NCBI GenBank assembly: GCA_011364975.1
Contig: RDOE01000081.1
Coordinates: forward strand, 1 to 14,688
DNA from: Promethearchaeota archaeon
GTDB taxonomy: Archaea; Asgardarchaeota; Lokiarchaeia; Sigyniarchaeales; SOKP01
DNA: 14,688 nt
Direction: 5' to 3'
Made by a program: the position numbers and the translations under genes. Shown here in pieces: positions 1 to 7,655 of this stretch (positions within the stretch are counted from its first letter, which is position 1; each line of letters opens with the position of its first letter). Under the pieces are notes generated by a model. The model saw only the letters and a program-made list of their open reading frames with translations, did not search any database and had not been told where the DNA came from.

Positions 1-795
1 GCCGAAGACCATTTGAAGAAATCCCTGAAATATGCAGAAGGCTTAGGTAATTACCCATTAATGAAAAATATTTTAGAGATCCTTGTACAACTCTATGAAA
101 GTCAAGAAAATACTGCTCTTCTTCACAAAGCTGAGCTTGAACTTTCTAAAATAAATAACTTGCTGATCCGCAAAAAAGATGTAGTTTTTGTAATTGATCA
201 ATCTGGAAGTATGCAAGATCATGGAAAAATGACATCTGCAAGAACCGGAGCCTTGGGAGTATTCAATGAAACAATAAATATTGGTGATAGAATAGCAATT
301 CTTGGTTTCCATTCTATTCCAGTAACACTTCTTGAGTTAACTGAAAAAAAAGGAAACATTGTTGAAATTCTAAAAGTCTTCGAAAATTTAGAGGTTACTC
401 CTTATCAAACATGCCTTTATGACACTATCGCACTGGCTATAGATATGTTAAACAAAGCACCAATACCCCCAGGAGAAGAAGAAGAACGACAGAAATGGGT
501 TGTTGCTTTAACCGATGGGCAAGATAATAAAAGTGAAAAGTATAATCCTCGTAAACTTGCAAAATATATAAAAGCAATCAATCCCCCCCTTAATTTTATA
601 TTAATAGGGGTTGGCCCTGAATTAAAAAGAATTCATACCCAAATAACTGAACTTGTATCTGCTAGCTTACGTGGTAAATATATCCCCATTTATGCACCAA
701 AAGATGTACAAAAACGAATCGCTAGCGCTTTTGCTGATGTAAAAGAAATTATGGCATCATCTGAAATAGAAGGTTTTATTCCGGAGGAGAAATAA
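1..795 (+). CDS. vWA (MIDAS) domain protein with preceding TPR-like helices, 5' partial
   Basis: Frame +1 is open from base 1 (AEDHLKKSLKYAEGLGN...), so TTG 13 is probably not the start. The first ~55 aa read like the end of a TPR array. vWA hallmarks: VVFVIDQSGSM (DxSxS), QTCLYDTI (MIDAS Thr), VVALTDGQDN (MIDAS Asp), ILIGVG. Confidence 0.85.
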   Translation, partial: AEDHLKKSLKYAEGLGNYPLMKNILEILVQLYESQENTALLHKAELELSKINNLLIRKKDVVFVIDQSGSMQDHGKMTSARTGALGVFNETINIGDRIAILGFHSIPVTLLELTEKKGNIVEILKVFENLEVTPYQTCLYDTIALAIDMLNKAPIPPGEEEERQKWVVALTDGQDNKSEKYNPRKLAKYIKAINPPLNFILIGVGPELKRIHTQITELVSASLRGKYIPIYAPKDVQKRIASAFADVKEIMASSEIEGFIPEEK

Positions 796-1265
796 TGATG
801 AATCAAGAAAGAAAAAGGAAATTTGGTATAAGGCAAGAAATTCTTATTAGTTTTGTAATTTTTAGTGTCCTTGCATTAGGAAGTATTGCAATTACCGCCA
901 TTATCTTTAACAATATTATAGGCAATAGTATCACAGGAGCTACGCCTGATGAGCAAGCACGAATTGCTGCCAATCTTGAAATTCAATTAGCAATAATTCT
1001 TGTTTCATTATGGGAAATTATTGTCATTAGTCTTTTCGTAGGTTTAAAACTTGCAGATTCAGTAGTAAAGCCAATTCACAATTTAACTAACATTGCTTTA
1101 AAGTTATGTACTCATGACCTTAAAACGGTATCTTTTCAAGATATTGATACTGACTTTGATAAAGAAATGGAAGTTAAAAATGAAGAACTTGGGAGTTTAA
1201 CATATGCCTTTAAAAACCTGGTAAAGAAAGTAAAAGAGGATATTGAGAAAGACCAAGAAGATTAG
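795..1265 (+). CDS. small membrane protein, two TM helices plus HAMP domain, no output domain
   Basis: Hydrophobic segments ILISFVIFSVLALGSIAITAIIF and LAIILVSLWEIIVISLFVGL, then HAMP pattern VVKPIHNLTNIALKL...NEELGSLTYAFKNLVKKVK. Start overlaps the upstream stop (TAATG, 793-797). Confidence 0.8.
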   Translation: MMNQERKRKFGIRQEILISFVIFSVLALGSIAITAIIFNNIIGNSITGATPDEQARIAANLEIQLAIILVSLWEIIVISLFVGLKLADSVVKPIHNLTNIALKLCTHDLKTVSFQDIDTDFDKEMEVKNEELGSLTYAFKNLVKKVKEDIEKDQED

Positions 1266-1293
1266 ATTAATTCAATTCAAAAATAAATTATTA

Positions 1294-1302
1294 TTTTTTT
1301 TT
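1294..1302 (+). terminator. oligo-T tract, putative archaeal terminator
   Basis: T9 run about 30 nt after the stop of the HAMP gene. AT-rich background lowers specificity. Confidence 0.4.
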
Positions 1303-1406
1303 ATTTGTTAGATATTAATTTAATAATAAATCTCTTATCTATTAATAGGATTAAATTCATTGATATATTAAAAAGGTAAAAACAAATTCTTATATTGAGG
1401 AATAAT

Positions 1407-3218
1407 ATGACTATTCAATTACTTAAATTACAACCAATTTGGAGTCGTCCATTTAAAAAGAATGTTTATTCATGTATAATTGCAAATTTGTTAGGAGACG
1501 AAGCTCCAGAAGTAATTGGTTGTTCATTTAACTCAGATATGAAGGCTTTTGACCTTGATGGGAATGAGCTATTTCTTACTGAATTTTCCTCAAGCATTAC
1601 ATGCTTTAAGATCGCGTCTGTCAGTAAAGAGAATAATATAGAACTAATTTCAGGATCTGTAGATGGAAATATTAATGTATTGGATATTCAAGGAAACTCT
1701 ATATGGTCCAAATATTTAGAATCCCCCATCATATGTATGGAAACGGGAGATCTCAAAGATGATCGTAGAGAAGAAGTTCTGGTTGGCTTAGAAAATCAAA
1801 AAATAGTTGGACTAGATAATAAAGGAGATATATTTCTCGAATTAGAATTAGAGGAACCAATTATAGACTGTTCAATTGGTTATTTTTCAGAAAATGTTAA
1901 AAATCAAATTTTCATCTTACTTCAATCTGGGAAGATATTAAATATTGATAGTGAAGGGAAACCAAACTTGGTTTTCCAAACTACAAGTGAATCTACAACT
2001 TTAACATTGGGCCAATTTAATGAGCAACCTATAATGATCATAGGCGATAAAAATGGATATATAAAAATTGTTAATCCAAACGAACAAATCATTGGGGATT
2101 ATAAATTACCCTATAAGATCCGGTGCCTTGATTATAATGTTATATCTTCAAAACAGAAAATGAATCCATTTTTAGTAGTAGCATCAAAAAATAAAATAAT
2201 ATTATTACAACTCATAAAACGAGATTTGAAAGATTATAATGGAGTGATTATAAAATCTATTTCTTCTCAACCAGAACTTATAGAACCTTTAGAAGCGTCT
2301 CGTGAATCACCTGTAATTACTCCAATTGAATCCCCAACCCCCGAAGCAACATCTGATGTGGATAATAGTGGTGTTCGTGTACTTCGAGGTGGACATATAG
2401 AAGGTGGAGAATATATCTTTAAAATTAAAGTCATAAATAATAGGAAGTATAATATCACTGATGTTAATATTCAGATACTTTCTTTTCCAGAAGAAAGTTT
2501 AATTCTGTCGCGAATTGAGGATCATCCAGACTTTACTCCAGATAGAGCCAAATTTCATAAGATATCAAAAGGAGGTGGATTCGTTAGTCCATCTTTTATC
2601 TTTAAACCAAAACACGATTGTATAAAAGGTACAATTCATTCAGTCATTAACTTTATTAATGAAGAGGATCAAATCGAAACTATTAATGTAAAACCACATG
2701 AAATCCGAATGATTTGTGGTCTACTTAAACCAAAAACTGTCTCCCTTGACGAATTTGAAAACCTTACTAAAGATGTCCTGAATTTCAAAAAAGTAGGTGA
2801 AGAGTTCATTATTCCTTCAAATGCAAACCAATTATATCAAAAACTTTATATCCTTCTTAAAAATAAAAATTTCGCAATCATCGATACAGAAAAAGAAGAA
2901 ATAATGGGTAAAATTTCTGGAACTATAAAAGGCTTTGCTGAAGGCTCCTATACCAATAATTCGGTTGGTTTAACTTTAACTGTAAAGGGAAATATAAATG
3001 AGCAGAAATCAACAATAAGAGTCGACATTTTTGCAGAAGATACAGATATGAGCCCTTCTATTATTAATGAATTTGAAAATGCTGTTAAGCCTGTGTTTTG
3101 CCCCGAATGTGAAGAACCTATACCACCAGAACTTGCACGAAAATTAATGAAGGGAGAAATTATATACTGCGAAGCATGTGGATCAAACATGATGGAAAAA
3201 ATAGGAGAAAATGAGTGA
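1407..3218 (+). CDS. beta-propeller + Pro/Ser/Glu hinge + adaptin-ear-like sandwich + platform-like domain + C-terminal Zn ribbon (BBS2/7/9- or coatomer-appendage-like)
   Basis: Six ~42-44 aa blade repeats with FG-GAP/VCBS-like loops (ANLLGDEAPEVIG, GDLKDDRREEVLVG, ELISGSVDGNINV); low-complexity linker at ~2260-2372; beta-rich domain starting VRVLRGG (2373); LLKPKTVSLDEF then an alpha/beta domain; CPEC...CEACG. ATG 1407 follows GAGG (1397-1400); the track start is TTG 1395. Domain names come from pattern recall, not a search. Confidence 0.7.
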   Translation: MTIQLLKLQPIWSRPFKKNVYSCIIANLLGDEAPEVIGCSFNSDMKAFDLDGNELFLTEFSSSITCFKIASVSKENNIELISGSVDGNINVLDIQGNSIWSKYLESPIICMETGDLKDDRREEVLVGLENQKIVGLDNKGDIFLELELEEPIIDCSIGYFSENVKNQIFILLQSGKILNIDSEGKPNLVFQTTSESTTLTLGQFNEQPIMIIGDKNGYIKIVNPNEQIIGDYKLPYKIRCLDYNVISSKQKMNPFLVVASKNKIILLQLIKRDLKDYNGVIIKSISSQPELIEPLEASRESPVITPIESPTPEATSDVDNSGVRVLRGGHIEGGEYIFKIKVINNRKYNITDVNIQILSFPEESLILSRIEDHPDFTPDRAKFHKISKGGGFVSPSFIFKPKHDCIKGTIHSVINFINEEDQIETINVKPHEIRMICGLLKPKTVSLDEFENLTKDVLNFKKVGEEFIIPSNANQLYQKLYILLKNKNFAIIDTEKEEIMGKISGTIKGFAEGSYTNNSVGLTLTVKGNINEQKSTIRVDIFAEDTDMSPSIINEFENAVKPVFCPECEEPIPPELARKLMKGEIIYCEACGSNMMEKIGENE

Positions 3219-3223
3219 GTTTT

Positions 3224-3244
3224 AGTGTTTCTTGAAATAACACT
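3224..3244. terminator. short hairpin between convergent genes
   Basis: AGTGTT (3224-3229) / AACACT (3239-3244) just after the 3218 stop; ATGAGTG (3211-3217) can alternatively pair with CACTCAT (3241-3247). Confidence 0.25.
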
Positions 3245-3309
3245 CATATTCCAACTAATAACAATAATAATAAGTAAAATAAAATATAAAAAAAATTTTT
3301 GAATTTAGG

Positions 3310-4152
3310 CTACATTTGCTTTAAATGTTTAAAAATAATTTCTAAATCGGCTAATTTATTAATCGGTTTAATAATTATATCATCTGCGCCTGTATTACTC
3401 CTTATTTCGCCTTCCTCGTTTTTCGAAATTACAGCAGATATTAAAATTATAGGGATGGACTTATATTCAGCTTTAGATTTTATCATCTGGCATAACTCAT
3501 CCCCATTCATTTTACTTGTTTTTAAGTTTATATCTGCCAATATAATTTTAGGTGTGAGGGTATTTAATAGATACAGTGCCTCATCCGAAGTCTCGACTGA
3601 TTTTATATCTATACCCTTTGTTTTGAAAAAGGTATCAATAGTTTTCCGCTCAAGTGCATTATCTTCTATATATAATACATCAACTTTTTTTACAAACCTT
3701 ATTAATTTCGGATCCTCAAAACGGTGCTTTACCGAATTTTCTAGTTCTTCGAATGCTTCTTGAATATTGATGATGGCTGCTGACAAGCCATCTGGGTTAT
3801 TTAATTGATTTTCTAGCATTAGAATTGAAAGTTTTAGTGGTGAGAGTTTCTGTTTAAGTTCTTCATGAAAACCATTACCTACTTCATAGGCATCAATTGC
3901 TTTTTTAATCAAATCATCGAAATATTCTTCATCATACTTTTTTGAACCATTTAACGGTTTCTTTTGAAGTACCCTGTTAATATAGTCAATATTGTTATTA
4001 ACAAAGCTTCTAATGAGTTTAGCTTGGTTATTAATCTTAAAATTTTCCATAAAATCCTTTAATTTAGCATCGAGAAATGGTTCTACGTATGAATACCATT
4101 TTATATCTTTCTTAATTCTAATCAGATCTTTATTTGCATCCTTTTGGTAAAT
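3310..4152 (-). CDS. response regulator: putative N-terminal ribbon-helix-helix, central helical segment, C-terminal receiver domain
   Basis: Receiver motifs: VLYIED, ILADINL (phospho-Asp), MNGDEL, IPIILISA, GADDIIIKP. The frame stays open 36 codons upstream of ATG 4050; AGGTGA (4164-4159) lies 6 nt before in-frame ATT 4152. The ATG-only call is 3310..4050. Confidence 0.85.
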   Translation of the reverse strand: MYQKDANKDLIRIKKDIKWYSYVEPFLDAKLKDFMENFKINNQAKLIRSFVNNNIDYINRVLQKKPLNGSKKYDEEYFDDLIKKAIDAYEVGNGFHEELKQKLSPLKLSILMLENQLNNPDGLSAAIINIQEAFEELENSVKHRFEDPKLIRFVKKVDVLYIEDNALERKTIDTFFKTKGIDIKSVETSDEALYLLNTLTPKIILADINLKTSKMNGDELCQMIKSKAEYKSIPIILISAVISKNEEGEIRSNTGADDIIIKPINKLADLEIIFKHLKQM

Positions 4153-4187
4153 AAAAAATCACCTTTTTTATCATTTTTAAGTTAAAT

Positions 4188-4961
4188 TTAATGTTTTTGA
4201 TAAGCATAATACCATAACTCATTTTGGTTAATTTTTGGAATAGTTAAGATAAAATTGCTACCTTTAGAAGAATCTCCTACTATTCGATCTTCAATCCACA
4301 TTCTACCTCCGTACAAGTTAATTAAGTTGCTAACAAGCGATAGCCCAATACCCATACCCTTGGAATTTTTGCTTTTACTATGACTTTCTAAAAGAATCTC
4401 TTTTTTTCTATTATCGTCTATTCCTATCCCATTATCCTTAAATTCTAATTTTATGAATTGCTTATTGAGCTCAGTTAGTTCCGATATTAAGATATCTATC
4501 TCAATTATTTCACTTTTATTATATATAATCGAATTCATCAATATATTCTCAAAAACATCAAGTAGCAAATCATTAGCAATTACAAAAAGCCTTTCAGTTG
4601 TAGAATAAATCCCAATATCTATCCTCCTTTTTGGAAAATTTACCTGAACAAAATTAACTGCATTTTTTAAATTATTTAAGAGATCAATCGATTCTAATGG
4701 CATTTCAAATTCTTCTAATTCAGAAAGATATGTAATATTTTTCACCAATTTCTTACCTCGATTTATTTGTTCTTCAATTAGTTTAAAATATTCCAATATT
4801 TCTTCTTTCTTTAATCCTTCTTTTATTAACATCTCACATAATTCAAATGAATTACTAAGTATATGAAATAAGTTCGAAATATCATGAGTAAATATCCCTT
4901 TAAAGCATTTAGCTCTAATATAAGCTTTCTGATATATATCCTCAATTTGTAATTCCTGCAT
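4188..4961 (-). CDS. soluble histidine kinase (HisKA + HATPase_c), no sensor domain
   Basis: H-box FTHDISN, N-box VFENILMNSIIYN, G1 DNGIGI, G2 GMGIGLSLV, and GSNFILTIP. An in-frame stop at 4988-4986 excludes a longer N-terminus. Confidence 0.92.
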   Translation of the reverse strand: MQELQIEDIYQKAYIRAKCFKGIFTHDISNLFHILSNSFELCEMLIKEGLKKEEILEYFKLIEEQINRGKKLVKNITYLSELEEFEMPLESIDLLNNLKNAVNFVQVNFPKRRIDIGIYSTTERLFVIANDLLLDVFENILMNSIIYNKSEIIEIDILISELTELNKQFIKLEFKDNGIGIDDNRKKEILLESHSKSKNSKGMGIGLSLVSNLINLYGGRMWIEDRIVGDSSKGSNFILTIPKINQNELWYYAYQKH

Positions 4962-5067
4962 TATTTTTACATCTCTATTTTTAGCTTATCTTAATGTAAA
5001 TATTGATAGACTTCGTATTATAGTTTTTAACACGTAACTCCCCACGAAGTTCGAACCATAAGGGAAG

Positions 5068-5078
5068 TTTTATATAAT
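5068..5078. promoter_or_regulatory. TATA-box-like element, readable on both strands
   Basis: TTTTATATAA preceded on + by purine-rich AGGGAAG; reads TTATATAAAA on the minus strand, ~110 nt upstream of the kinase ATG. Confidence 0.4.
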
Positions 5079-5253
5079 TATTAAGATGATTAATTAAGAT
5101 ATTTAGGAAAAAGGAGATAAAATAAGTTGGAGTATGGAATTTTCAAGTAAAAAAGCGTATCAGGAAGTAATTTAAAAATTTTTAGACTAAATCAAAAAGA
5201 ACATTAAAGAAAATTTGCAAAATAAATATAAAATTAGTGGAAGTTAATAGAAA

Positions 5254-5442
5254 TCATTTCAAAAAATCAATGATTGCTTTGTTAACTTCAGGTGTTCTGG
5301 TCATTGGAGCAAAATGAGCCGATTTCTCAATGATTATTAAGTTACTATTTGGAATTTGTTCACGCATTTCTTCCCTACTAATTTTAGGAGTTAATCTATC
5401 ATGAGATGCTGCAATTAATAACGTTGGGTTAAATACATCTGT
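5254..5442 (-). pseudogene. C-terminal fragment of an alpha/beta-fold hydrolase
   Basis: Manual translation: TDVFNPTLLIAASHDRLTPKISREEMREQIPNSNLIIIEKSAHFAPMTRTPEVNKAIIDFLK*. It has the catalytic Asp and His motifs but no nucleophile elbow and no start codon at the 5' end; an in-frame TAA lies at 5445-5443. Confidence 0.85.
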
Positions 5443-5465
5443 TTAGTATTATTTTAATCATTTAA

Positions 5466-6407
5466 TTAGATAAATTTCTCTGCTGAAGAGTAATTGATAA
5501 TACCTCCCACATTTTGAATGCTACTAGTTGCAGTTAATATCCCAATTTCTGCAGACTTTACTAAATCTCTTCCCTCTAACATTGCGTGTAAAAAGCCAGC
5601 ATCAAAAGCATCTCCGGCGCCAATAGTGTCTACAAATCGTTTAGGTTGTATAGCAGGAATGTGCTTCATAATAGATGCATTTTTGACGAGCACTCCTTTA
5701 TCACCTAATTTAATAGCGATTATTTTAAAACCTTCTTCTAAGAGAGTTTTAGCTGCTTCTTCAATCGAATCTTTAGCAGTAATGTTCAAAGCTTCTTGTT
5801 GATCAACCATCAGTATGTCAATATACGGGATTAACGGCTTTAAAATCATAATCCAAGGAGGCTCTAATGGAAATAATGGAAATTGAGGGTCTATAGAAGT
5901 TTTTAAACCTTGAGATTTCGCTTTTTTAAATAAAGCGATAAAATCCTCATTCCATAGACTTGGAAAGTGATAATATCCTGCAGAATGCAGAAGATCGGTA
6001 TTAAGTAAATATTTTTCTATTTTTTTTCCAAATTTTTGAGGCCATCCACTGTGAGTTGGTAATTTAAACGTTAGAGGGCGCTTATCAGATCCGAAGAGTA
6101 AAATGAAGATAGCTAAAGCACACTCTTTACCCTGTTCGACCAAAATATACCTTGTATCAATTCCTGACTTCTTTAAAATATCTAAAATCATTTTACCGAA
6201 AGAGTCATCTCCAATAGAAGAAACTATGTGGATTTCATTCCCCAATTGTTTAAGATTTTGAGATATGTATCCTGCTGCTCCCGCTGTTAATATATGTATA
6301 TCTGATGGTCCAGACCATACATTTAATTCATTTATATTACTAGGAGCTTTTCCCTTGATTATTAAATCGATATTTAATGGTCCTAATACTCCAATCTTAA
6401 ATCCCAT
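5466..6407 (-). CDS. PfkB/ribokinase-family carbohydrate kinase
   Basis: N-terminal GPLNIDLI, AGAAGY, IGDDSFG, IKLGDKG and the PfkB signature DTIGAGDAFDAGF. AGGAGG SD lies in the end of the upstream gene; stop and start abut (TAAATG). Confidence 0.95.
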   Translation of the reverse strand: MGFKIGVLGPLNIDLIIKGKAPSNINELNVWSGPSDIHILTAGAAGYISQNLKQLGNEIHIVSSIGDDSFGKMILDILKKSGIDTRYILVEQGKECALAIFILLFGSDKRPLTFKLPTHSGWPQKFGKKIEKYLLNTDLLHSAGYYHFPSLWNEDFIALFKKAKSQGLKTSIDPQFPLFPLEPPWIMILKPLIPYIDILMVDQQEALNITAKDSIEEAAKTLLEEGFKIIAIKLGDKGVLVKNASIMKHIPAIQPKRFVDTIGAGDAFDAGFLHAMLEGRDLVKSAEIGILTATSSIQNVGGIINYSSAEKFI

Positions 6408-7655
6408 TTAATGACCTCCTGGCTTTAAAACCATTGTCCAAGCCCTCGCATATTTTGGGATATTTGATTTTTGACAATCTGGATTTATAGTTCCTTGTTT
6501 AAGCGCAAAAAAGTAGGGTAACAATTGAATAATTGGTACTACATACAATGCAAAGAGGTGTTCATTTTCTATTGGTGTACGCCATACCCAATCCATTAAA
6601 GATGCAATATTATCCTCAGAATCTGGTAAAACAGCAACACACGGACTTTTAATTAACTGTGTAAATTTTGCAATTTGCTTAAACCAATTCTCAGAACTAT
6701 TTTTAGGATAAAGCAAAATAGTTAGGATTTTTTCATTAGTTAAACCCAATGCTCCATGTAAATGACGAGTTGGAACCATTGATTTAGCTGGTATATGGGC
6801 CATCTCTTCGAATTTCAACTCCATTTCTTCCGCAGTACCAAAATTTGGGCCTGCTCCAACTATGATTACACTTCGAAGATCCACTATATGATCAGCAACA
6901 CTCTTACATCTAGTTTCGTTATATTCCCATTTCTCAACCATTAATTTTGGTATTTCATATAATTGCTTTTTTAGGTCTTGAAAATTAATACCGTTAATTC
7001 CTTTTTTCTCTCCTAAAACTATAGCTAATAATAAACTTGCCGCCAATCGTGTTGCATAATGAAATGTATCCGATCCTCCTGTGTCGAATCCTCCAGCACA
7101 GACTATTGCATCATCAGCTTCTTCAGTTAAAGGACTTCCAGCTACCGAAGTTACCGCAACACAATATCCCCCTTTTTCTCTTATTTTTTTGGTTGCTGAT
7201 ATTGTATCAATTGTACTACCACTTCCACTATACGCCAATAATGCAGTGTGTTTAAAATCATAGGGTTTGTCAATAGTAAGGCATTCTACAGAATCCCTAT
7301 CCTCTGAAGTAATTTGGGCCCATTCCCAAAAAGCAGGACCCGATGCTTGCATTATAAATTGACTAGTACCCATTCCTATTCCAACAATATGAGTAATATT
7401 TCTTCTCAAGAGCTCCTCTACGACACGATTTATTGAATCCAATACAATTTCAAGTGTTTTGCCAATAGCAGTAGGTTCAGATTTAATATCATGATATATA
7501 TTAAAGGGGTGCTCTGTCCGAGGTTTAGATCCTAAAGCATGATACATAATTGGATATTCTGTAGTGGCTTCAATACGACCAATTGGATCATTTTCTAAAA
7601 AATCAAATTTTTTTCTTTGCTCATATTTGAGTACTTTATCTTTTTGATCTTTCAT
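6408..7655 (-). CDS. double-SIS-domain sugar-phosphate isomerase/deaminase/deglycase (GlmS-C/AgaS/FrlB-like)
   Basis: MYH...IYHDIKSEP, GMGTS, YSGSGSTIDT, TSVAGSPL, GAGPNFGTAEEMELKFEEM, HLHG, NPD. There is no glutaminase domain, so it is not full GlmS. Confidence 0.9.
   Translation of the reverse strand: MKDQKDKVLKYEQRKKFDFLENDPIGRIEATTEYPIMYHALGSKPRTEHPFNIYHDIKSEPTAIGKTLEIVLDSINRVVEELLRRNITHIVGIGMGTSQFIMQASGPAFWEWAQITSEDRDSVECLTIDKPYDFKHTALLAYSGSGSTIDTISATKKIREKGGYCVAVTSVAGSPLTEEADDAIVCAGGFDTGGSDTFHYATRLAASLLLAIVLGEKKGINGINFQDLKKQLYEIPKLMVEKWEYNETRCKSVADHIVDLRSVIIVGAGPNFGTAEEMELKFEEMAHIPAKSMVPTRHLHGALGLTNEKILTILLYPKNSSENWFKQIAKFTQLIKSPCVAVLPDSEDNIASLMDWVWRTPIENEHLFALYVVPIIQLLPYFFALKQGTINPDCQKSNIPKYARAWTMVLKPGGH

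Noticed and set aside
73-312. 79-aa minus-strand ORF
   Set aside because: Antisense shadow of the vWA gene with no motifs.
3216-3218. TGA as selenocysteine/readthrough
   Set aside because: A TAG follows two codons later and the position is not in a Cys motif.
2267-3247. Minus-strand ORFs 2267..2458 and 2948..3247
   Set aside because: Antisense shadows of the propeller/appendage gene.
3299-3763. 154-aa plus-strand hydrophobic ORF
   Set aside because: Antisense to the well-supported receiver domain; the hydrophobicity reflects reverse-complemented Lys/Glu/Asp codons.
5049-5057. GTTCGAACC, resembling a tRNA T-loop
   Set aside because: No T-stem, acceptor stem, D arm or anticodon arm can be built around it.
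5518-7263. Plus-strand ORFs 5518..5802, 7037..7255 and 7081..7263
   Set aside because: Antisense shadows of the PfkB and SIS genes.
6408-7655. Calling the SIS protein glmS or frlB
   Set aside because: No glutaminase domain or GlmS C-terminal AKSVT motif, and the substrate cannot be fixed from motifs.
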